A stretch of 33,882 bases of DNA from Octopus bimaculoides (taxonomy: Eukaryota). A program made the position numbers and the translations under genes. Positions 24,081 through 33,882 of this stretch are shown piece after piece (the first letter of the stretch is position 1; each line of letters opens with the position of its first letter). The DNA lies in NCBI RefSeq assembly GCF_001194135.2, contig NC_068989.1, forward strand, positions 82,346,556 to 82,380,437. The letters run 5' to 3'. A model generated the notes under the pieces. That model searched no databases. It was given only the letters and a program-made list of their open reading frames with translations, and was not told the origin of the DNA.

Positions 24081-25259
24081 TTTGGTTACTATTTCTTGTC
24101 AGTCGTGAACATCTAATGTAAATTCCTATTTTCTCTTCTTTATATTTGGTGGCAGATCAAAAAGAAATCTTCCACTGTCTTGAAATTCCTCATAGTTTTT
24201 ACCATCTTATATTTCTCATTAATCACGTATTCAAACAATGTTTTAGATTTTGGGTTTGTCTTTTGAAATTAATCTATTTCGGTCGCTACGTTTCTTTAAA
24301 AGATGACTTATCATCGGTTATTATGCATACATACAAATACTTTCACAGACATAATCTCTCTGTGTGTCTCTGTCTGTCTGTCTGTCTCTCTCACACAGAC
24401 TCACACACATACCAAACGCACAAACACATACGCAACCACTAACTTAGTACCTTTCGCTTTCTTTTCCACACTCACACAGACACAGACACAGTCTCACGCA
24501 CGTACACACACACACTGCCACACACATACCCACACAAACACATCTGTAGTTACATACACCAAAAAACAACCTCTGTTTCTCTCTCTCCTCCCTCTTACTC
24601 TCTCATACACACAATCCCACACACACAAACGACTTCTATTACTAATATCTGCCATCATGTAACTGAAACACCAAAAACAATTACACTCATCTTATGTCAC
24701 GTGACAAGATAATTCTTGCATTCCTTACTTCCGCCATTCCTACTTTCTTTTCCGCCATCTTTTTTTAATTTGATTTTCCAATTTTTTTCTGTTTCTTTTT
24801 TTTCCATATTCACTATTATTTTTTCTTTCTTTTTATATTTCCTTTTAAATATTTTTTCTTTCATTTTTTTCCCCTTATTCTTTCGTTCCTTATTTTCTAC
24901 ATCGTCTTCTCGTCTTTCTCTTCCTACTCCATCAAGGTTACTCGGTACAATACTTTCATCTCAACATTTGGTCAACTGGCAGAAGAGATAAAACCTGATT
25001 GTATTTGTCACTTTGGTTGGTTCTGTTTCTGTTCAACAAATTCTTCTGTTATGGCTGGCTGAAGTCATAATGTCTTGATGGTGCCGCGTGGTAATAATAG
25101 AATGACTGGGGTTTTCGTGAGCAGCCAAACGAGAAGATCCAGGTTCGTACGATGTCCGGGAACAAAGGGGAGTACAGATTTCGTAAGTAGCTAATGAAAG
25201 GATCCAAGTTCTTTAATTTTTGGTCATCAACAAACAAAACAGAAATTACAGTAATACCA

Positions 25260-25306
<47 letters not shown>

Positions 25307-25340
25307 TTACAACAACAACAACAACAACAACAATAATAAT

Positions 25341-25555
25341 GATGGTTTCAAATTTTGTCACAAAGCCAGCAATTTCGGGGGTGGGGATAAGTCGATTACA
25401 TCGATCTCAGTACTGAATTGGTACTTATTTATCGACCCCGAAAGAATGAAAGGTAAAGTCGACCTCGGCGGAATTTGAACTCAGAACGTAGAGACGGACG
25501 AAATGCTGCAAAGCATTTTGCTCGGCGCGGTAACGATTCTTCCAGCTCGCCGCCT
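25341..25555 (-). mobile_element. SINE family 2, near full length, flanked by trinucleotide tracts
   Basis: B-box GAGTTCAAATTCC; collinear with 7476-7634. Flanks are (CTA)n(CAA)n at 25259-25340 and (AAT)n(GAT)n at 25557-25697. Confidence 0.9.
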
Positions 25556-25556
25556 C

Positions 25557-25618
<62 letters not shown>

Positions 25619-25619
25619 C

Positions 25620-25657
<38 letters not shown>

Positions 25658-25779
25658 CGACGACGATGATGATGAATATAATAATAATAATAATGATAAC
25701 CTTGATAGTAATTATAAATTCTAACATACACACAAAAACCATACACCTTGTGTGAGAAGAGACTCGATTAAATTAACTG

Positions 25780-26010
25780 CTGTACCTGACTAAAATTAAT
25801 TTGTTGACTCTAGAAAGATGAAAAATGAAAGACAAATTCAACCCTAGTGAATTTTGAATTTAGAGAAAAGGACGTAGCGAGATATGTTGCGAAAATAAAA
25901 ACATCTAGGATGGAAGACTAAGCAATTACAAGGAAGAAAATCGAAACAATAAATGTCATGGCTTAACAGGTATTTTATTTCATCAACTGCGGAAAGATAA
26001 AAATGAAAGT
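25780..26010 (-). mobile_element. Two old degenerate SINE family 2 fragments
   Basis: tgactctagaaagatgaaaaatgaaagacaaattcaaccctagtgaattttgaattt and catcaactgcggaaagataaaaatgaaagtc resemble tcgaccccgaaaggatgaaaggcaaagtcgacc. Confidence 0.45.
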
Positions 26011-26226
26011 CACTAAACGCAATTAGTTACTAGAAGACTGTTCTTTTTCGATGATTTACCGATTCAAATTCTGCATTTAATTTATAGACTATATCAATAC
26101 GTAAGTAAACTGTTTTGATATCTGCCATGTTGATGTAAGACGGGAAACGTTTGAGAATATGCTGAAAGACGACTAGTTAATATTGGGAAAGAGATTTTGG
26201 TGATGTTTCAACAAAAGCATGGCATC

Positions 26227-26326
26227 AATATCCTGCGATACACTTTGGCAATATCCTGATAAACATGTGGTAATATCCTGCGCTGTAGTTTAGTGACAAT
26301 ATCTTGAGATTTTTCGTAATATCCTG
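26227..26326. repeat. Five copies of AATATC(C/T)TG at a 20-26 bp period
   Basis: Copies start at 26227, 26250, 26272, 26298 and 26318. Confidence 0.85.
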
Positions 26327-26450
26327 GAAGAACCTTCATCTTCAATAAACTGAAAGACACTCTGGTGTTCTCCGAAAAGCGAGAACAACTTTCTGTTCAA
26401 CTTCTAAATCAACATTTACAACTCTACTAAAGTACTTATCATCAAAATTA

Positions 26451-26501
26451 AAGCGTTGCTGTGTGATAAGAAGTTTGCTTCCCAACTACATGGTTCTGAC
26501 T
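26451..26501 (+). mobile_element. SINE family 1 head fragment
   Basis: ttgctgtgtgataagaagtttgcttcccaactacatggttc matches the family-1 head. Confidence 0.75.
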
Positions 26502-27098
26502 TGGGAGAAACGTTATGGGTCTCCATATCGTATGTTGCTTGTATTTTAGGTGGTTACACAGTTCATAATTTTCTGACCTGGACAGTCTGCTTAGATAAAA
26601 CGCAAAGGCTGAAGTCCGGTTAATGAAAGCAAAAGTCGTCATTTGCTGCCCGGAAACCCTACAAGGTCAGAATCAGTGAGTTATCAGAAGTCGAATATAA
26701 ACAACAGATACTTTGTGGATTCGAAATCAGAGTAGAGAGAGTAAGATATAATAAGTGAATTAGTAGTAGAAAGAATTAAACATATGAGAGAGTTAGTAGC
26801 GAACTTATAACTGGGCGTAGAAAGGACTTCACAACTAAAATAGTGGTGGAGAGAATGGAATTTGTGAGTAATTTTTCAACGCTAAAAAACTATAATTCGT
26901 TGTTGAAGCTGAGGTAAGAAAAAACTAAATCTTTCCTATGGTCCAGCCGACGAACTATTGAGAATACGAACAAATGTTTGCAGGACAGTCTCTACCTCAT
27001 TATAACACAAAGATGATTGCGTCTTCATCTGGCTTCGGTGGTCAACTTAGAATAATCAAGTCTTTAGTAGTCAACAACGCCCTTCCAGTAAAAATGGT

Positions 27099-27348
27099 AA
27101 TAGCAAGAGTACTCAGAGAGTGTAAACCTCTGCCAAGGCAACACCAATGTCCTCTCAACGATTAACCAGAGATGATTCTTAAAATAAGAATATCTGAAAT
27201 AAACTCGACTGCTCTCACAAACGAGAATATTAAAAATGAATCTGACCACCCTCAAAAATTAAGTAAAAAAAAAAAAGAAACTGAAAAATAATCCAGAATC
27301 CTTGTCCGGTACCGTATCGATTCCAAAATCTAGTCAGTGCGGGCCAGT
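27099..27348 (-). mobile_element. HINE/DINE-1-like (Helentron-associated) element, 3' part
   Basis: Minus-strand end CCTTGGCAGAGGTTTACACTCTCTGAGTACTCTTGCTATT (subterminal repeat plus short hairpin); body continuous with the 28770-28942 block. Confidence 0.6.
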
Positions 27349-28770
27349 TCTAATCTTGCGTCGGTGGCTTTTTTTGAATAGTTTTTGTGCTGCTTTGCAG
27401 CGGTTTGGGTGTTTACGTGTGCTTGTTTGTGCTTTCTCTTCTCGTAAGAGAAGAGAAAGCTGGTTAAAGGATGTCTGAAGACAGTTATAGTTTCTCAGAC
27501 ATATCATCGTCCGAAGAGGAGTTGCTGGAGGCTGTTAAGACAATGGACCAAAAACTGAGAACAGAGAAGAGGAATTTTGCTGATGCTGCAAGGTGCAAGG
27601 AGACCGAAGTGAATATCGGAGAATTCGGAAGACACAAGGGAGAAATGAACCGAGATGGGTTCTAAGTGAAGCTGTCACCCCCGCAAGAGGTTAAAAACGG
27701 AATAGAAGAAAAAACGATAAACTATCGAACCTTTTCGATAAATAAAGGAAAAATAGATGTCATTACGACAGAACAAGTAGAAAAGGCGTTAAGGCAGATT
27801 TGGGACGACATAATATACCTGACAAGAGGTTCAACGTTTGGAACAGTGGAAGTGAGGTTTCGTAATGCAGCAGCAGCAAGGAAACATGCAGCGACGACAA
27901 TTCGGAGCGAAGAAGTGGTGCTTTTGCCCACATATAGAGGCATGAGAGCAGCGAGGGTTATGGTCGAAGAATCGCACCGGAAATTGGTGTGACCTGGGTA
28001 GCAGATGTGGTCCTCTTTGGTAATGAGGACAACATAGTGGTGCTCCAGGCCAAGAAAAAGAGAGTGCGTCAACTGGAGAGGTTAATCACTGGAGCTGGTA
28101 GTCTAGGTCTCAAAAGAAACGCTGGAAAAAACCACAGAAACAATAACTATGGAAGAAACATTTATGACTGTCAGGGTGGAAGGAAGAGTTCTACGCTGCT
28201 TTAAATGTGGCCTGAAAGGACACATAAGAGCAGAATGTACGTCAAAACCAAGAAAAACAGAGGAAAATTGACCAGAGAATACGGAAGAGGAGATAGAAGA
28301 GAGCCACAGAAAGGAAGTAATCGAAAAAGAAANNNNNNNNNNGTTGCTTAGCGACGAACTGTTAAGGGATTTGATGGAATGGGACATAAAGTGTATTGGA
28401 ACTGCGTGGTTTGATAATGTGGAGGAACATCACTTGTGTGTAATACCAGATAAGAAGCAAGAGGAAAAATTAGAAGAGTATATGGTTGGATTTTGTTTTT
28501 GGAAGGTGGACTGCAGCTGGAGTTCATTCCCAGGATTTACTACGTACGATAGGTGGTTGGAGGAAACAGGTATTGATGTGTCAGAAGGTTCAGGATTTAA
28601 AAGGTAGAAAATGGGGCCGCTCGTGTGTGGGGCGATTGGTTCCATTTCCATTTTATCATATTCATGTCTTCATACATTATAACATTCATTTCTATTTTTT
28701 TTATATATGTTTTGTGTCCCACATGTGTTTTTTTGTCACCTCTATGTTAGCCCGCATGGGTAATAAAAAA
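27349..28770 (+). mobile_element. Non-LTR-type retroelement with a disrupted gag-like ORF1 (RRM-like region plus CCHC zinc knuckle); no ORF2 visible
   Basis: ORF1 runs from ATG 27471 to stop 28607 with in-frame stops and two frameshifts. Zinc knuckle CFKCGLKGHIRAEC at 28197-28238, followed by an E/K-rich tract. T-rich 3' region. Confidence 0.8.
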
Positions 28771-28942
28771 AACAGATCCGAAAATCCAATCAGTTCGAAC
28801 CAGTCACGAGGCCAAACATTCCTGAAAGTTTCATCCGAATCCATCCAGCAGTTCTTGAGATATCTTGTCCACAGACAAACAAACAAGGAAACAAACACGA
28901 TTGAAAACAATACCTCCACCTTCCCTAAGGCGGAAGTAATAA
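28770..28942 (-). mobile_element. HINE/DINE-1-like element, 5' part
   Basis: Minus strand TTATTACTTCCGCCTTAGGGAAGGTGGAGGTATTG, GTTT/GTCT microsatellite, core GATATCTCAAGAAC..GGATGGATTCGGATGAAACTTTCAGG. ACTTCCGCC is inverted relative to GGCAGAGGT near 27124-27133. Confidence 0.7.
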
Positions 28943-29644
28943 AAAAATTACCAATGTCATCTTTGCATTTGAATAACTTTAACTTCTTTTAATTTGGTTG
29001 TGGCAACAAGGACCCAACCCAATGCGACGACTGCTTTTTGGCACTTTTTGAAAAGTTTTCGTTTATATTAANNNNNNNNNNNNNNNNNNNNNNNNNNNNN
29101 NNNNNNNNNNNNNNNNNNNNNNNNNNNNNNNNNNNNNNNNNNNNNNNNNNNNNNNNNNNNNNNNNNNNNNNNNNNNNNNNNNNNNNNNNNNNNNNNNNNN
29201 NNNNNNNNNNNNNNNNNNNNNNNNNNNNNNNNNNNNNNNNNNNNNNNNNNNNNNNNNNNNNNNNNNNNNNNNNNNNNNNNNNNNNNNNNNNNNNNNNNNN
29301 NNNNNNNNNNNNNNNNNNNNNNNNNNNNNNNNNNNNNNNNNNNNNNNNNNNNNNNNNNNNNNNNNNNNNNNNNNNNNNNNNNNNNNNNNNNNNNNNNNNN
29401 NNNNNNNNNNNNNNNNNNNNNNNNNNNNNNNNNNNNNNNNNNNNNNNNNNNNNNNNNNNNNNNNNNNNNNNNNNNNNNNNNNNNNNNNNNNNNNNNNNNN
29501 NNNNNNNNNNNNNNNNNNNNNNNNNNNNNNNNNNNNNNNNNNNNNNNNNNNNNNNNNNNNNNNNNNNNNNNNNNNNNNNNNNNTGTTGTACTCTTTCACC
29601 ACAACTTTCTCTCACTCTTACTTCCTGTTTCTGTTGTACCTGTA

Positions 29645-29818
29645 TTTCAAAGGGTCAGCCTTGTCACACTGTGTCACGCTGAATATCCCCGAGAACTACG
29701 TTATGGGTACACGTGTCTGTGGAGTGCTCAGCCACTTGCACGTTAATTTCACGAGCAGGCTGCTCTGTTGATCGGATCAACTGGAACCCTCGACGTCGTA
29801 AGCGACGGAGTGCCAACA
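29645..29818 (+). mobile_element. 3' body of an abundant octopus-type SINE-like repeat
   Basis: gtggagtgctcagccacttgcacgttaatttcacgagcaggctg..gatcggatcaactggaaccctcg..gacggagtgcca recognised by recall; the 5' part falls in a gap. Confidence 0.5.
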
Positions 29819-30265
29819 AATCATGCAGCACGAATTTTTACAAATGCTCTTTTTTTCGGAAGTTTTACAAGAGTCAGACGGTGGTTATATTTTTTATGGA
29901 TCACCGTACGGGCTTCCGTTGTCCATTTTCATGGAAGACTGTTTAGATTCGAAATCATCTTTGGTAGTTGTTCCCGGTTTGAAATGCTCTTACCAGTCGT
30001 GGTATTACAGCACACAAAAGTGCACGCAGTGATCCGTAGAATAATGTGAAACATAAGACAGTCAACTACACCGAGAGTTCTGGTTCGATCCCACCAAATT
30101 TGGGAGGTTTATTGGAAACTGAACCAGATGAAGTAAACAGGGTGGTATGTAGAGACTTTACGTACTCATATAAAACTGTATAAAAGCGCATTTATTAACG
30201 AATGCTATATGTACATATGTGTGTGCAGATATATGTGTAGATATATGTGTAGACATGTGACTAGG

Positions 30266-30307
<42 letters not shown>

Positions 30308-30485
30308 GATATGTTTCTCTGTATGTGAATAGGTGTTTGGGTATTTGAGTAAATACGTGTGTATATATATGTGTATAGATATGGGTGCAAATATGTGTAT
30401 AGTTATGGATGTAGATGAGTGCATATGTAAATATATGTGAAAATATATATTTTAGATTTGAGCAAGTATATATATATTTGTGTGT

Positions 30486-30525
<40 letters not shown>

Positions 30526-30725
30526 ATATATGTATGTATCGAGTAAAAACATATAATAACACGAGAAGCAGGGTGTAAATGTGTCTAGGTGTGTGTTTAG
30601 ATTCATGTGTAATGTAAAGTCTCCAAATAGATATACATGTATGGATATGTGAATGGGTGGGGAAACGAAACGTTTGTGTGTGTATGTGTGTGAATGAGTG
30701 GCAGAAAGGGAATAAAAGAGAGAAA

Positions 30726-30773
<48 letters not shown>

Positions 30774-31607
30774 AAGAAAATGTGTATATGAGTGGGTGGC
30801 GCTTTGATATGTATGTAAGCATGTGTTTATGAGCGCGAAAGTGTGAGGAAGACGAAGGTGATGTAATTAGCATCATTGGTTGAACATCGTCCGTCATTGA
30901 ATACGAAACTACAGCTAATTTGCTTGAAGCTGACTCTGCGACGACACAACTCTGCCGCCGCCAACGACAGGAAGAAGTCCAAGTTATGAAAGTTTAGCGG
31001 AATCCAATGGCGACATGCAATCCAGATGTGTACAGACTAAACACACTAAACACACATTATTAGTCACTCAAGCGTTGCTTTAACCATACTAATGGCAGGT
31101 TATACAACTTCATTTTGTTTAACTTCCCTTTTAGACATTGCATTTCGAGCAAACATTGCTTTGATTTGACTAAAACAGCGCAATAAATGGTCTTTTCAAG
31201 CGAGGATCAATCCCAGAGTCCTCCAGTTAATCATTTGTTATGAATCAGTCTTTAATAACTCTGCTAGAACGCCTCTGCTCTTTGTATGATGTATGATACA
31301 TCAATGTTTTATGAGATTAAGGATAAAAGAGCATGCATCGTGGGCCGATTGATCTCATATTAATGCATTGGTCGGCCAGACCAGGGAGTTAAGTTTCGAA
31401 TTTCACGGGGAACCGTTTCAACTTGTTATTTATGTCGATTCTGCGTTTATAGAGATAAAAGGCGCGATAAACCCTTCATTTCGTCTCTTCAATTATGTGA
31501 CAGTCACAAGGATAAAGTTACCACTTCTAGCAGCACAAGCGATACACGCCTCCGAATCATGAACGTATTAGCAGTGTACTTCGCATTAGAGTACAGCTTA
31601 CGACTTT

Positions 31608-32616
31608 AGTATGATGGTACTCCTAGAACACACATCTAGTATGGTGGTACCACTACTACGTACAACTGGTGTGATGGCACAGCAAGTACACATATCTGGT
31701 GTGATAGTATTGCTAGAAGGCACGTCTAGCATGATGGCCCTGCTAGTACACACAGCCAGTATGATGGTACTGCTAGAACACGCATCTCGTCTGATGGCAC
31801 TATTAGTACACACATCTTGTTTGATGGTACTGTTACTACACGAATCTAGCATGATGGTACTGCTAGTACGTACACCTGATATGGTGGTACCGCTGGTACA
31901 TATATCTGTTATGATGATACACATATGTAGCATGGTGGCACTACGAGTACGCACACCTGTTGCAATGGCATTGCGAATACACAGATCTGGCGTGATAGTA
32001 TTGCTAGTACACACATCCTCTATGATGGTACAGCTAGTACACATACCTAGTTTGATAGGACTGCTAGTACGCGTATCTGGTATGATGGTACTGCTAGTAC
32101 ATACATCCAAAATGATGGTACAGCCATTACAAATATCTGGGAGCAATGGTTGTGCTGCTGTACGCATCTGATGGTACTGCTAATACACACATCTGGGTTG
32201 CTGGTACTGTTGCAACACGCATCTCGTACGATGGTACAGCTAGTACACACATCTGGTATGATGGTACTACTAGTACACACATCTGGTATGATGGTACTGC
32301 TAGTACACACATCTGGTATGATGGTACTGCTAGTACACACATCTGGTTTGATGATACTGCTGCTACACGCTTCTCGTACACACATCTGGTGTGCTACTGT
32401 ACGCATCTCGTACGATGGTACTTCTAGTACACGCATCTGTTTTTATGGTACTTCTGTTCCACGCTTCTAGTATTTCGGTACTGCTAGTACACTCATCTGG
32501 TATGGTGGTACCGCTGGTACACACATCTGTTATGATGGTACACATATATACCATGGTGGTGCTACTAGTACACACATCTTGTATGATGGTACAGATATTA
32601 CACACAGTTGGTATGG
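31608..32616. repeat. 30-bp minisatellite (consensus ATGATGGTACTGCTAGTACACACATCTGGT), about 33 diverged units
   Basis: Seen directly; most homogeneous at 32230-32350. Confidence 0.97.
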
Positions 32617-32844
32617 AGCTATCGCCATACACAAAATATTCTTGACCAAAAATTCTCACCAAAAATACAGCTTGAATGGAAATCAGAATTCCATACCCCA
32701 GAGTTCACCGACCATTAGCACAATAATGTTCTGCGCCCTCTCCTTATATACCTTCCACTACAACTGTAACAGTTCCTGTTTCTTCCAATTATGAATCTGT
32801 ATAGTATCATCTTCAAAATACACATCGGAAACCTTAAAGGCCTT

Positions 32845-33005
32845 TACGTGGTCACTCGAAATAGCAGCCAACCCCCCTTAAATCTTATTGCACAGGTTTA
32901 GAAACGACACACAGTATATGATGTAGTCCTGAGTACCTTACAGAAGATGGGGTGGTCGTGAATGGATTGCCTTTGGTGATGGGTCTGTTCGAACAGGTTT
33001 GGCAT
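32845..33005 (+). mobile_element. Degenerate interspersed repeat (fourth family)
   Basis: ctcgaaatagcagccaacc...atgtagtcct...gatggggtggtc...tgcctttggtgatgggtctgttcga; related to 23440-23600. Confidence 0.45.
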
Positions 33006-33039
33006 CAACCACGACTACTATAGTTGTCATCACCGTGTC

Positions 33040-33590
33040 CCTAGAAAAAAACTACAACACCACCGCCACACCAACCACCGCACCACGACTACAATATCAC
33101 CTGACCAGGTAAAGAAAAGGCAGCTGCACAAATACTCCAATGCCCCAAGATAGCAGCAGCAAGAAGAAGAAGAAGAAGAAGAATGATAATAGTAACAACC
33201 TCACTTGAACTCACCAGCCAAAAAAAAAAACCAAAAAGAAACAAACCCTTAAAGAAACCTGGACAACTGTAATAACGGCAAGAACAACAGCCACAACAAC
33301 AACAACAACAACAACAGCAACAACAACAACAACAACAACAATGACAGTAACGGCCGCAGCACATATCATGTGTTATTGATAAAGTTTCAGGTATCATATG
33401 GTGATGGTGTAAGATAGTAAGGATAAGCAACAACAGCAGCAGTGGCAGTAGTAGTAGTAGTAGTGGATGTTGCCGTAGTAGTAGTAGTGATGGTGATGTT
33501 GGTGGTGGTTGTGGTGTTGGTGGTAGATGTACTGTAGAGATGGTGGTAGTAGTGGTCCTAGCGGTGGTGTTGTTGCAGTAATTTTGTTGG
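33040..33590. repeat. Degenerate trinucleotide low-complexity region (CAA/CAG/GAA, then GTA/GTG)
   Basis: Seen directly. Confidence 0.9.
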
Positions 33591-33727
33591 TTCTAAAGTG
33601 TGTTCAATGTTGGTTTAGTCCTCACTTTACATAGATTTGAGTAAAGTGAGGACTTAGTGAGTCATTATATATATATATATATATTCTACATGGACAATAT
33701 CTAACTAGGATTATACACGTACCGCAT

Positions 33728-33763
<36 letters not shown>

Positions 33764-33839
33764 ACACGCACACGCACACGCACACTCTCTCTTTATATGT
33801 ATGTATGTATGTACGTGTATCATTTTTTATCATTTTCAT

Positions 33840-33882
33840 TTTATCTAGTTTCAGCTCATGAGCTGTGGCCATGCTGGGGCAC
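33840..33882 (-). mobile_element. 3' tail of a family-1-related SINE running off the window end
   Basis: Minus strand GTGCCCCAGCATGGCCACAGCTCATGAGCTGAAACTAGATAAA. Confidence 0.75.

Noticed and set aside
29823-30180. ORF MQHEFLQ...STQKCTQ and neighbouring frame KTVNYTESSGSIPPNLGGLLETEPDEVNR
   Set aside because: Short, unrecognised, no coherent splice pair; partly overlapping ORFs start inside a repeat.
26227-32616. CRISPR-like interpretation of the 9-mer array or the 30-bp array
   Set aside because: Eukaryotic context, no cas genes, repeats too short (9 bp) or lacking unique spacers.

Overview
Repeat-saturated, AT-rich eukaryotic intergenic or intronic DNA from a gapped draft assembly (nine N-runs, most beside microsatellites). 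The SINE families and microsatellite density resemble an octopus (coleoid cephalopod) genome; that assignment is my inference from pattern recognition, not a search result. I find no intact, confidently identifiable protein-coding gene. Almost all ORF-track entries are translations of microsatellites, N-gaps or antisense transposon remnants. The window is a layered set of decayed mobile elements: a Penelope-like element (RT + GIY-YIG), Penelope-type terminal repeats carrying hammerhead ribozyme motifs, a HERO/NeSL-type restriction-like endonuclease fragment, a Helitron RepHel fragment, a CR1/L2-like RT fragment, a HINE/DINE-1-like element split by an ORF1-only CCHC retroelement, several tRNA-derived SINE families, and a 1-kb 30-bp minisatellite. 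The most notable signal is a near-canonical type I minimal hammerhead at 1199-1259, where a neighbouring repeat copy starts at about the predicted cleavage site. Two more degenerate hammerhead-like motifs, a pre-miRNA-sized hairpin and a few weak exon candidates are also reported.
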